From positions 1-64,000 of the forward strand of contig CBFFRP010000181.1 of the NCBI GenBank assembly GCA_965644295.1: a DNA stretch of 64,000 nucleotides, read 5' to 3'. Source of the stretch: Paraphysomonas bandaiensis (lineage: Eukaryota; Protista; Chrysophyceae). The translations under genes and the position numbers were made by a program. Positions 35,824 to 48,792 of this stretch are shown here, piece after piece (within the stretch, counting starts at the first letter, position 1; each line of letters starts with the position of its first letter). Under the pieces are notes generated by a model. That model worked only from the letters and a program-made list of their open reading frames with translations, had not been told where the DNA came from and ran no database searches.

Positions 35824-36352
35824 AATAGGTTAAACTATTGCAGGGAGTGCCTTTCTTGTCGAATGATTGAACTAGAGATTTGAATAGCGTTACACTTTGC
35901 CGTCATTCGATAGTTATACGGATTATACCTGATATGGAAGTTATTTGTATGTATTTATATATTATATACTTCTAGTAGTGGTATATGGTGTTTGTTCCCT
36001 ACAATAATTTATTAATTATTAATACACTATTACTACGTGAATATACTTTTTATTTATCATCTTAATTCAATACTACTTTTTTAATCATCGTAGAGAGTTG
36101 AGTATTATTCAGGGTTACGGAACACTATATTGCACTCAAGTATTGTAATTTAGGGTTCATCGATAATTTAAGATTGCGATACTTTCTAGTCGGTGCAATA
36201 TAGAAAGCCTTATAACTTATAACAATGTGTTAATGCATGTGTATATGTATTGCAGTGCACCGTAAGCTAGCTAATCAAGAAAAATATTGGTAGTGTGTTC
36301 TTGTCGTTGGACAAATCAATATATTATTATTAACAGTACAATCCAAAATCCA

Positions 36353-36442
36353 ATCCCTCAGCAATGTCGGACTCGCACCTTTTCGTGGTGTTCTGGGGGA
36401 TAAGTACCGGAGAGATTCTCTCTGGGAAACTAACGTGAGCCG
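36353..36442 (+). ncRNA. Putative HDV-like self-cleaving ribozyme at the 5' end of family A
   Basis: Manual fold: P1 36353-61/36393-401, P2 36368-76/36435-42, P3 ACC/GGT with L3 TTTTCGT, P4 36407-25, J4/2 CTAA (C36430). Geometry deviates from the canonical fold. Confidence 0.5.
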
Positions 36443-37575
36443 CATATTATATAGTCAGCAGATATATTGTTCTGCCCACTCATAGCCAAATGCTTGTGTG
36501 GTACAAGGGACACTAATAAGTGTCACTTGTGTAGACGTCTTTGGGCCCTGACGAATAAACAGGCATCCGGGAATGGGCCCACCTCAAGGGCATCCGGGAC
36601 AGGGCCCACCAGAAGGGTAACCGGGGTATTGGGCTGCCTGCTGAAGTCAAGCATCCGGGATGTTCACCTTAAGAACTCAAAACACCTGAAGTCAGCAGAT
36701 GTCAGGTATATCAACATTCTGCTTGCTCCCTGCGTTTGCTTTGAGTGATTGATGCTGAGTATATGAGTTCACATTACTCAGTATCTGTGTGGCCGGCCAA
36801 TGACCGAGGTAATGCGTCAAACTTTCCTCATGGATGCATGGCAATGGCAATGATGTGATTAGACCTGTCATGTCTTCTCACACGTCAACTGCCTAGTCTT
36901 GGTTTCTCCTGACCCAGGTCATTGAGATTATATCAAGGCTCTGGCACTGTTCTCCAAGCAGTGTCAGGTACATTTGTGGTGCTTTTATGTTATTCTTGCT
37001 TAGTAGGTTTTCATCCGAGCGGGGAAGGTGCACGGTTTCCTACTAGTGTAAGTCACTCGGGAGAAGAGTGCAAGGTGGATGCATGTGCTGGATGAGTGCA
37101 CACAATGGAGGGAAGACATTGGAGTCAGCGTGAATTTGTAACAGATTTTGGTAGATGTCTGTTTCATGCGTCAGTGTGCAAAATTGCACCAGTGAGACCG
37201 CTTCGTGACCGTGGGAGGCCCCGGCGCTATAGCTACTTTATTCTCCCTTCCAGACTACCTGCTGCTGTGAACACCACCTTGAAGAGGGCCCTAAAGATCT
37301 GCCGCATATACAGGAGACATATGCCGAAGACACCGACCGCAAGTTGTTTGTGTTAGGACAAGTAGATTGGGCAGGAGCGTATGATCCGGCTTAAACACGC
37401 AACTCGTCGTATGCCCATGTAGCTAACTAAATCGTGTTGTATAGTTGAGCACTTCTTGTCGGTGCATGCAATAGTAACTAGATGAGAGTCATGTTATGCA
37501 TAGTGTCGCGCGAGTTGTTAGGTTGGTCGCGGCAACGCACAAGCTTGCGCTTCTTAATAATCAGATTTTCAATAT
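36353..37575 (+). mobile_element. Family A element interrupted at 36749-~37520 by unrelated sequence
   Basis: 5' 400 bp intact; the GCG-GCAA-CGC hairpin and TAATAATCAGATTTTCAATATA tail resume at ~37523. Confidence 0.8.
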
Positions 37576-37659
37576 AGCTAATCAAGAAAAATATTGGTAG
37601 TGTGTTCTTGTCGTTGGACAAATCAATATATTATTATTAACAGTACAATCCAAAATCCA

Positions 37660-38151
37660 ATCCCTCAGCAATGTCGGACTCGCACCTTTTCGTGGTGTTC
37701 TGGGGGATAAGTACCGGAGAGATTCTCTCTGGGAAACTAACGTGAGCCGCAAACATAGTCAGCAGATATTCTTCTGCCTAATGCTTGTGTGGTACAAGTA
37801 TCACTTGTGTAAACATCTTTGGGACCTGACGAGTAAACAGGCATCCGGGAATGGGCCCACCTCAAGGGTATCCGGGACAGGGCCCACCCGAAGGGTAACC
37901 GGGGTATTGGGCTGCCTGCTGAAGTCAAGCATCCGGGATGTTCACTTTAAGAACTCATGTGGTTGCACCTTGGTGCTTGCGGCGACGCACAAGCAGCTTC
38001 CGTAGCGTTAAATAAATAGTAGGATAAAAAAGTGTGTACTGATTAGTAACAGGTAGAGGTCTAACTAGTTTGTCTCTAGCATTCATCTCGCTACTAAGTT
38101 GGTGCAGGTTTTTAACGCCTATTATTGCTAATAATAAGACTTTCAATATAT
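37660..38151 (+). mobile_element. Family A element, near full length
   Basis: Nearly identical 5' part to the 36353 copy; complete 3' tail. Confidence 0.88.
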
Positions 38152-38255
38152 GTACAATCCAATGTATTGATTTTGGTATGATTATGATCACTGTTCCATC
38201 CCAATGTTAAGTAGCTTAGTAAATACTTTGATATAGATAAGAAAATATACAATAT

Positions 38256-38682
38256 ATACCCTTTACAGAGTCGGACTTGCACCATTTCGTGGGGTTCTGG
38301 GGGATAAGTACCGGAGATATTTCTCCGGGAAACTAACGTGAGCCGTATAAATATAGTCAGTAGATATATTCTGCTCACTCATAGCCAAATGCTTGTGTGG
38401 TACAAGGTACACTAACAAGTGTCCCTTGTGTATACGTCGTTGGACCTTGACAAATAAACAGGCATCCGGTGTATTGGGCTGCCTACTGAAGTCAAGCATC
38501 CGGGCTAGTTCACCTTAAGGACAGAGAGTAAAAGTGCTTGCACCTGTGCTTGTGGTGACGCACTAACTGCGTCCGTAAAGCCATATAGTAGGATATCAGG
38601 GTTCAGTTCTAGTTATTAGTTAAAATTCAGTGCTACATTAGTTCTGCCTCTTACTCGCTCATTTTGCTAAGGATCAGACATT
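38256..38682 (+). mobile_element. Family A element
   Basis: GTCGGACTTGCACCATTTCGTGG...CCGGAGATATTTCTCCGG...CTAACGTGAGCC; GTG-GTGA-CGC hairpin. Confidence 0.82.
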
Positions 38683-38985
38683 CACTATTCTAATTAATTG
38701 ACAAAAGGTAATTGATATGCAACCCTGGCTAGCTGGATAGCAATAAATATTTCTCAAAAAATACAGACTCCACCTTAACATTATTATACCTCTATGACGC
38801 TTGCGTGTATGCAGTGTTGCCAGCTTTCGAAAATTAAAACTTCTAACACGCGAACACGACACTGCTAATTAAGCCTTATGATAATATACATCACCTTCAG
38901 ACATTAATAATAACCTAAATACGACTTGGCTAACTCTCTCTGTATAATATACTAGCATTCGTAGTTTTATGTTGTACCCGATACA

Positions 38986-41900
38986 CTACGAAAGAGTTGT
39001 ATCTTCATTTTTGCCACCTGCATCATGCACTCATATGTTCCTCTCATAAGTGGTAGCACGTCTATGTCATCATCCTATGCAGATACATACCGTAAGCTCA
39101 ACAATTAAACAATTAAATACATTGCCAGCCTGATTACTATCAATGCCGTCAAGGTAGATGAATCACATATCGCACCTGCATGACTGAATCCCTCACATAG
39201 TCCATGGCCGCAACACGCAGATCAGTATTGACATTGAACTTACACACCCTGCCCTGCTGAATGCTTCTAATTACTTGGCCTGGTGGTAGACCAGAGGCCC
39301 CATGTAACACTAACAGTGTGTCCGGAGCATTGCACTCAATTACTGCCCGAATTCGAGATAGTCGTGGAAAATCCAGTGCAGGTGGTCGTGAGTATCGACC
39401 ATGTACATTGCCGATAGTTACTGCCAGCATATCCACCTAGATTCCACAGCATACATCAACATAGTGTCTAAATGCTGTATACTACTATTTATCAACTACA
39501 TGCTATAGAAAAATACTTGTGCAGTACGAAGCTAGCAGTAAACAATACACAGAAGGTCAAAATACCTTTGTGTGGCTTAAGAACCCCGCCACCAGAGCGG
39601 GGTCAGTCATTCGAGCTTGTACTTCAGGCACACTCAAGCCATCCTACAATACCGACACCAGTTGGAGTATACCTTATAATACATAAAGGAGTAGATACCG
39701 TACCTCTTCGCCTGCCAACTGCCCAAGCTCAGCCTCAACTGCTATGCCACGGCTATGTGCCAACTCCGTCTGTATAAAAGCTTAGTCAATTCGAAAATCA
39801 ATCGACGCGACTGAAGAAAACCATCTACAATAAGCTGACACCAGCTCACCATTTTCGCAGTCCACACTGCGTTCTCCTCGTAAGTCAACCGAGATCCATC
39901 AATAAGTACTGAATCGAAGGCATTCCTGTTACCAGCACGCATATCCAAAGCAGAAATAATTTGAGACTCGTCAGTAGCATGGTCAAAATGTATTGCGACA
40001 GGAACAGAGGCGAGCTCCCGAAAACCCGCAAGCAACCGCAAAAATGGGAGACCGCCAAATTTAAGTGAAGCAGGATGTACCTAGGTGTGAGAAAACAAGG
40101 TATAATTACATCCATATAATATTCAAATGTACTGATATCATGACTGAATAGTCTACCTGCAGGATAACTGGCGCTGATAGCTCCTCTGCCGCATCAATTA
40201 CAGCCTTTGCACCTTCAAGATTATATACATTGAAAGCTGCCACAGCTTTCTTCTGATCGCGAACCTCTGAGAGCAATCTCACTGTCGTATTCGGGCGTAA
40301 AGGAGTGATCGGACATGATGGAGATGACTCATGAGTCTTCTCTACAACCCCTAGCTGACTTACAACGCGAGCTAATGCTCCATCATCCCCGACATTTCCA
40401 GGGAACACCACATACTTCATTCCTACAAATCACAATAAAAACACTCAAACCGAAAACTTTAATAGCAGCTTTTATCTTAGAAACAGCCCACGTGAACAGG
40501 AAAACATGTACCTGGAAATTTGCTCTCTGGCGGAGTCATCCATACAGGAACGCCAGTCTCGATTTGGCCAAGAACTCTCGCCCATGATAATCCTAAACCC
40601 GATGCAGCCACATCATGAGAGGTTATTCCTCCCTTGGCTACCAAAAACGCAGGTTGGGTGTTGAGTCGATTGACCACACTTGTAAGGGCGGTTGATACTG
40701 CTTTGTAAAATGATATATCCTCAGCGGACTGACCAGGAGAGCAAGAGCGCTGCTGATCAGGATTCGTGTCTTCAGTACGCAGAGGGTTTTGCGCGCTCCT
40801 GGAAGTGTAAAATACCACAGTCACACCTGTACACCAGGTCACGATAAAGTTTTTCGGGTGTTAGAACGTAAGAGAAATGCAACATTGCAGAAGATTCATA
40901 CAATCAAGGCTAGCAAAACAAAAAGGATATTACGCATGTTCTGTTACCACTGCGTAAGAGGGTCTCAACACGTGCGGCATAGGCGTCTACTAGTTCATCT
41001 ACAGCCGCCTCGTTTCCTGAAGTGTAGATAGTACGAAACTCTTTCACTTCAAACTCTACCGGGAAAACATTCATATCATTCATCAAAACCTGGAGCCCAA
41101 CGAAAAAATATGAGAAACATTCCGTGTAAATAGTATTGGTGTGCGTACTTGCAACTGTAAATTAGTCTTGGGTACATAAGACCCCACTACAACTAGACCT
41201 CCTGCAATGTTCGGTGGCTTCCCACCATCCCCATTGCTGTTTTCCTCCCCACTTTCTGAGCGGGTATATTCTGTGACGAGCTGATCTCCAGTTAGCAACG
41301 GCTTCGGAGTGAGCCCAGATCGGGTAGCCACATACGAAGCGGCAGTTCGAAATATATATTTCTTGTTGTTATCCACCTGTTCTGCCTGAATAAAGTAATT
41401 AACTAACTACTACAAAAAACATCAATGATAAGATGGGGGTTGAATTGTACGACATGTGTACAATAATCTACCTGCAGTAGTCCTGTTACAAATACAGCCA
41501 AGTCGTCTTGGTCCACCACATCTACCACCAAGACATGCCCTGGTTTCAGCTTGTATAGCACTTCCTGGACCCTATAAGCCCCCCCTATACGTATCTCCTC
41601 TAAAGGTAGTAAGTGAACTCGTGAAGAATCAATTCTACCCTTCGACTTTTCAACCACCCACTCCCTCAGGTCCGAAGAGCTGTGTTACAAACAGGTTACC
41701 ATATAAAAGTTGAAGATGAATGTTGTCAACATGGCATGAGCGTTATTATCATATAGAGAATACACAGTAGAAGAAAAGGACTAATATAATACAATACGAT
41801 CGAGTACCTGTACCCAAAATGTGGGTCTGCTGAATATGCCGTATTACCCACAGGTATCAGTGAATCACCTTCGGCCACATAATGTACACCGTTTAATGTT

Positions 41901-42430
41901 ATACGTCCGCCCTCCACAAAGGAAGGAATAAGCACTGTAGCGGCATGATCACGTGTACCAGTAGCTTCCATGAGAGCCTCAGTTTCTGCCGGGAAGTGTC
42001 CCCTGAGTGTGGAGTCTCCACGCGATATGAATTCAAACTCTTTTTCATATCCCATCTTCACAGCTGCCTTGTATAAATTACTCACAGCTGTAAGAGTCAC
42101 TTTTACAGCATCCTCTTCTTTCATTGATCGTGAGTTGGTTAATATATAGAAAGTCTTATCATCTCTACTCAACTGCTTACAGAGATCCTCTACACTATAC
42201 TGTAACAGTACATTAATACTATGCATTGTCTGACATCCAGTGGGATCATCATCAAGTACAACTAATCTCTTCTGATCATCTGTCATTTTCATTCGTATAT
42301 CACCTGAAGAGACAGGGACACGTAGTTCAGGGAGAGATGATAAGATAGATCGAGGTAAGCTGCCTACACCTCTATATGTATTTATATTCAGTAGACGGGA
42401 GCTATACAGCCTCCCTATAAATCGAATCAT
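38986..42430 (-). CDS. Multi-exon fusion of a four-carbon acid-sugar kinase (DUF1537/OtnK-like) and a class II ketose-bisphosphate aldolase; probable mitochondrial presequence
   Basis: LVVLDDDPTGCQT, SRGDSTLRGHF, VVVGSYVPKT, VAKGGITSHD, VFPGNVG (kinase); AAFNVYNLE, IHFDHA, DGS, GNVHG, VLHGASG, KFNVNTD (aldolase); last exon ends KMKIQLFS*. Confidence 0.9.
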
Positions 42431-43971
42431 ATCAGTAAATATGCGTAGAGCGTGGTAATTATATAATCAAAGCATAGAATGGTATGTCATGGAGAAGATG
42501 GAATGAAAGTATGGCAGGGAGGATATCAGATCGTTCGACTTCTCTCTGTGTACAGTAGTAGCCTACATATACACATGGGAGATCTTCTTTGTCATATATT
42601 ATCTCTAATATGCAGTATATCCTATCATGCAGAAAAATCAGATACAAATATACGCGCAGTCTCAGATAGTCCTACTTTTCCTACAAAAATTAAGTTTGGT
42701 GTTTTCAGTTTGCGAAAACTCAAGATTTTCGGTAGGAATTATTCCTTTGGTATGACAATATCTCAGCAGAAGCAATAAGATCTATAGCACTGGACGATCT
42801 TTACAAGAGACATATATGGTAACTTAACTTGAGTCCTCGTGTTCAGAATATAAGGAAATATCTTAAAACTAAAAGTGGTATCCACAAAGGATATCAAGGT
42901 GCACTTAACTGCTAAATTTTCCCCTACAGAGAAGTACAACACGTACGGCAGTTAGCATAACACGTCTATCATCGAGTTCTATATATATTTATATACTGAG
43001 TTAGCTACATGACCATACAATGAATTGGTTGACGAGATGTATTTGTCACTGATTTCATTTGTCTTCTACTATCAAGTAATATCAAACTAACAGTTAACAA
43101 GAGAGGACAATGTGTTAAGTTGCTTTGTCAGAGATTAATAATGGCTTGTGCTACAATCACAGTATACACTCACACTATCGACCTTTGACATCTTAAACCT
43201 TTGAGGTAGCTAATTAAACTTACACTCAACACACTCTCAATTGAAATTGTCATAATCAACTCTCAACATTAATTGCTATGTATGTCGCTATAACCAATTA
43301 ATATTTTACGATCTTATACATTCAATATATTTCAGTTTGTTTAACCTAGACAATTCATATCAAATCACTAAGTTCGTATACTCCTGTGGAATTCAACTCC
43401 CGTATTATATTATAATTCAAAAGTCTTAAAGTACACTCTCAAATTGCTTACCAATAAGAAGAACTCAACACACACTACAACTTGAACACCAGTGTGCGCT
43501 TCCTTACATCATACACACACTAAGAGCCACTGCACATCCGACACCAGGCTACTATGCATATTAGATTCCACTTATTCTTAACCGTACTGTTATCATACGT
43601 CATACTAAACCTAGTCTGTAATCGAAAAGTTTGTTGATAGGATTTATAAGAGTTTGTTGCTTCAAGCTCATACTTGAAAGACTACTTTCAATCAAAAGCC
43701 GTTTCAGAAGAGACACAATCGGATGACGAGTTGAGTATTGAGTACAATACACTACTTGAGGTGGTTAAAGTGCAAGTGTAGAATATAGTTTTTCAATACT
43801 CAAGATTTCCTCCTTATTAACCAATTTACGGGCAGTCCAATTACCAATTACCATACACAGATGTGTTTAAATCTGCAACCGCCGTAATCCACAAATTGCA
43901 TTTAACATTGCACAAAGACATGCACTGTGTTAATCTAAATACTTCTGTATGCACACTTACACAGTGTTCGC

Positions 43972-45649
43972 TTACGCACCAATTCTGTTCATTCCACACA
44001 CCCTAATAGTCGATCCACTAATACCTCTAGATGCTTGGCAACTGAGGAACAAGATAGCCTCGGCTATGTCCACAGGGTATCCTCCTTGGCTCAGTGCATT
44101 CATACGTCTCCCAATGTTCCTTACTGCAAACGGCACGACCTTTGTCATCTCAGTCTCGATGAACCCAGGAGCCACAGCATTGACCCCGATACCTCGAATG
44201 GCCACCTCTTTAGATAACGATGATACATAGCCCATGATTGCTGCCTTAGTGCATGAGTAGTTCGATTGTCCAAAACCGCCTGCTATACCGGCAATTGAAC
44301 TCAAGTAAACCATCCTCGCACCATCAGTAAGTGCTCCCTTTGACCGACTAAGCAGCATGTCGTCAATACGCACAATAGCGTTTAGGTTTACATCAACAAC
44401 TTGCTTGAACTGGTCATACGTCATCTTAAGAAAAGTTTTATCACGAGTAATTCCAGCATTATGTACCATGACATCTATCTGAGATCCTTCGAAAGTCCTT
44501 TTTATTCCCTCATAGAGCACATCGGGGGCATCATCGACAGTTACGTCCATGGATAAACAGTCCATACCCAGCTCACTCTATATTATCATTTAAATAATAA
44601 GACAATATGATAATGACAAGCAGATATCACGCAAGCTGTTTTTCAGGATACATCGAATTGCTTTCTTATCCCTGTACATAATTATATGTGCTTACCGCCA
44701 GCGCCTCCAAGGTAGTGCTCATGCTGGGATGGTCCACGAGTAGTACATTAGCCCCTTCTGCAGCAAACAACCTTGCAGTGCACTCACCAATACCCCTTGC
44801 TGCCCCTGTAACTATAACTCGACTTCCTTGTACGCTGAAGTAAGAGGCAGGTGAGGGATGGGAATCATGAATCCGAGGGGTTGTAATAGGATTCTCAACA
44901 GGAGTGTCTTCTTCAGCCATGGCGCTGTTGAGTTGAAGCACCTAATTGTGAAAAATTACATACATATGAACCCAATGTAATTGACGATAACATTACAACT
45001 AATGTGCGACACAAGTACTAGGAAGGGAATACATTAATCTGAAATATAACAAATATACCTGGCCCGTGATAAAGGCCGATCTTTTGGAAAGCAAAAATTG
45101 TACTACTCCGCATCCAGTAGCCGAGCAAGTCAGAGGCATAGAGCTTGGAACTCTAATTGCATTCGCTGCAATTCCCTTAGACCCTAGTTCAAGAGCCATT
45201 GCTTTGGTAAATCCACCAACCCCTGAACCAACAGCAGAAGCCTCCGCTACGTTACTCGAGAATCCTCCATCACCACCCAGTAGAACCAGTCGTCCACTCT
45301 TCGACAATTTAGGCAAAAGAGGATTCAAACGAGAATGCAAAAGATTTAGTTGGGCAGCTCGAGTTAAACCTCTAGCATCACAGACCACTGCGTCATATTT
45401 AGAGGCCTCGTTACCCGCCAATACACCTCCAGCCTCTGTTACTATACTATCAAGGTGATTGATACTCTCTTTGTCCTCACAGAGGGATACCATACGAACA
45501 GTCATGCCGTCGAGTATATTGTGGTTATTTCGTAGCTTATCTGATATAGATTTAAGCATTACAGGAGACAGAGGCAGTCTGCGGGTTAGTTTAGGGTTAG
45601 GGAACCGTAAGATACGCAATACGGCATTTAAGGCAGCGTCAGCGTTCAT
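43972..45649 (-). CDS. High-molecular-weight 3-oxoacyl-ACP/CoA reductase, FabG4-like, 3 exons
   Basis: Degenerate N-terminal SDR-like domain ending FLLSKRSAFITGQ; TGAARGIG, HNAGITRDKT, SSIAG, NYSCTK (YxxxK), VAPGFIETEMT; introns ~45058-44942 and ~44695-44578. Confidence 0.88.
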
Positions 45650-46041
45650 TGGGTTTAAGTAATTGATATGAATATGCAAAACGAGTTGTGGCTAGATACG
45701 ATTGTTAGATTGAAGATGAAGATGTTTAACGCAACCCACTTCACACACCATATCTGCAGTCCAGTACAGAGTATACACATAGTATATACCTACCTACACC
45801 CAGTACATATTATACAGTACACCAGTACATACACACATAAACCGTATACTCACCTGCTGTATTTCCTCTAATAGTGGTATTCTGTAGGTATTCCTTCTCA
45901 TCTTGTTAAGTTCTTTTAATGGGTATGTATGTCTGAATGTATGTGTGGTATGTCTGGTCGCTACGTATAAATACACTCTCAATCATACCTATACTTCCAC
46001 GTGATCACACAGTCATAGTTTACACACCTCTCCTATCCCCT

Positions 46042-48290
46042 ATGATCAAATCATTGCCTTTGAAATCATTCTATTCCCCTCGTTTACTCACTAAGGTATC
46101 ATACCCATACACACACACATACATACATACATACATATATGAACATATACACACATACATACACTACTACACCCACCTGTTTAATTGATGAACACAGAGA
46201 GGCTACTCGGCAGAATCATTGCAGTCACAATTGCTTCAGATTCCAGAGGTGGGCGCTGTCCAATAAGAGATGTGTATTATATAACTATAGGATATAGTTC
46301 GCAGATGGATGTAAACTAGAGACATCAGGAAACTTCATCAACGCTATTCCTCAATTCAAAAGGGCTCATGAAGTAATGGTAAATTCTACTGGTGAAGGAT
46401 CTGATTATGCGGCAGTATCTGCTTTGAGGTAGTTAATTCTGTGTTCTGGTATCAGTGAATTTACTGTTGTGTGCTAGACTTGCTAGTGCATACCGCAGTA
46501 TTGGAGACTACGCTTCTGCAGAGAAGTCATTGACGTATGAAAAATATCCTTCTTCTTACCGCATCAAGAGTCTGCAATGTATAGTCATGATTGCCTATGA
46601 TTTCTCTGTTTTTTTGTTCCTGTATACACTACTACTCTCATCAGGCGTATTCGTGATATCGTTGTTTGTATAGTTATATCTGCGTGTCGTCTACTTGGCG
46701 GATCAGCGAAACTCTCGTTAGAGTCTGCTAAGCTAGCTACTGATATATGTGAAGCACTCGAAGACCCAGACTACGACTTGTTCACAGGCTCGTACGGCAT
46801 GCAGGTACAGAAATGATAAATTTATATTCCAACTTGTTGGACTTGCTTTAGACACGCATTAGCGTATAGTGGATATTGACTGATTTGAATGTATAGTTTG
46901 TTGGAATATATTAAATTACATTGAGTAGGGCCTCGCATATATGATGCTAGGGGAGTTTACGTCTGCGGAAGAGCAACTGCAGCTAGCTGCGCGATGGCCC
47001 CAAAATTCAACAGCGCAGGTGCTAATGTATATGTGTTGTGTGTGTGTACAACATGGATTCTAGTTAAACTTTTAGCAACATAGCTTCTGCGGTATATGAA
47101 GGCACAATGTCATATAATATTTCGAGTCTAATCACGTGTCCTGGCAGTTAATTGGTCTCGTGAATTTGGGATACCTGCATTGCATTCAGAACGGATACAC
47201 TGTTCCAATCACTCCAATACACTACTCCTCGAAAGATTCTCTACCAAACTCGCGGGAAGAGCAGCTAAAGAGAGGGGGTGTGATGGAAGCATTAGATTAC
47301 TGGCAAGAAGCTATTGATGACGCTGTGAAAGGTTCTACTGGTGACAAACAAAGTACTGCTGCGGTACGTTATATTTCTATTAACCTTTGAATGTGTTATA
47401 CTTTTCTAGAGTGTATGATGATACTGTTGGTGCTCGCACAATGTATGTCCATGCATATTGACCTCTTAACGAACGTGGTGCAGGCTATGTGTGGTCCTTT
47501 CTCTGGGAGCTCTCCCCTGGGCCCTGGCCAGGACGCAGTTACGATACCCTCTGGTAGCAATACTTCTCCCTCAGAGGAGGGTGAAAGCAAGGGCGTGGGA
47601 GGCCTCGAAGAAATTTTGGCGGCGGTGAGTTTTTTCAGCGTTACTAGGAGATATAGCTAGCTCTGTGAACTTCATTTCGTGTATAGTGACCTGATGGGCA
47701 TGCTGTTACACCAGGATATAGGATTTGCGTGCGCGTATAGTGGGGTGCTATGTAATATCGCAGAAGGTCGATTTGCAATCGCTGAGTCCGACAAGGCTTC
47801 CGAAGCCTTGTCGGCAGCTCTTTCCTCTCTTAAGCCCCACCAAGAAAATCCCCAAAGCGATCTTGCCGTCGCCAGGTGTGGGGTCAATTAAAAATTATTT
47901 GGTATGCTTAAATTTCCGACAGATGCTTGTTTCTTGTTGGGTGTTCTCATCTTCATGCTGCGGAGGGTGTCACAGCAGAAGGACTGCTGAGGAATGCTTT
48001 AGATAAGCTTACTAAAAGCCCATTTGCTGCTTACGACTCCAGGTTCGTAATTCATACGTACTTGTTATTATCAGTGTTGTCGTCGCCGTTGTGATGGAGA
48101 TTCTTATGCACACAGGTCACAGTATGAACGCGCCCGAGTACTGAACGCTTACGGCAAACTCCTCACGAAGTGGGACAAGCGGGAAAAATCAGGCGAGGAA
48201 ATGCTAGCCCAGTCCAGTCAACTGCTAGAGAAGTTGCCTATTTATGCTGAAGGGCAGAGAATTAGTCATGCTATACAATTGCCTTGCTAG
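46042..48290 (+). CDS. Multi-exon TPR-like protein with probable mitochondrial presequence
   Basis: Spliced start MIKSLPLKSFYSPRLLTK|RGYS; helical repeats LASAYRSIGDYASAEK, GLAYMMLGEFTSAEEQLQLA, YERARVLNAYGKLL. Confidence 0.65.
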
Positions 48291-48792
48291 TCGTTTCAAT
48301 AGTTGAGACATGCCCTGTGCAACATCATGTGGCATTGCAGTGATATTCTGAGTTTTTTAAGTGTGTTCATGATCCAGTAACTTATAGTTGAGTGATAGGA
48401 AACAGCTGTATCTTGTATCCAAACTTTGAGAGTTTCTAACCGTTCAATTTTTGTAGTTTCGAAATGATTACGTACACGTAATAAATAAAATTAAATTTAT
48501 AATTTTAACAAGGAATAATCAACTATATGGTATCCGAAATTGACAGGCATGGATTAAAGTTAATTTAAATATGAGTGTAAGTGAATTCCCGCAACGTTCA
48601 ATTAGAAAACAAAAGTGATAAACATTTCACGTCGTCTATCTTCTTTCATTATATTGATATATATATCACGACCAATCAATACTTTACGATTTTAGGTAGA
48701 CAGATTGACACGATGTTTGTACAGTTAATATATTTCACTGTTATTACTTAATTCATATGATTTTATTGTATTCTGGTGATACTGTTCCAAAC

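Noticed and set aside
36369-36379. Pol III B-box-like GGTGCGAGTCC on the minus strand of family A
   Set aside because: Mismatch at a conserved T, wrong orientation relative to the LINE-like tail, and no A box or cloverleaf seen.
36548-36575. Hammerhead core CTGACGA in family A
   Set aside because: No stem II followed by GAAA, and the motif is not conserved across copies.
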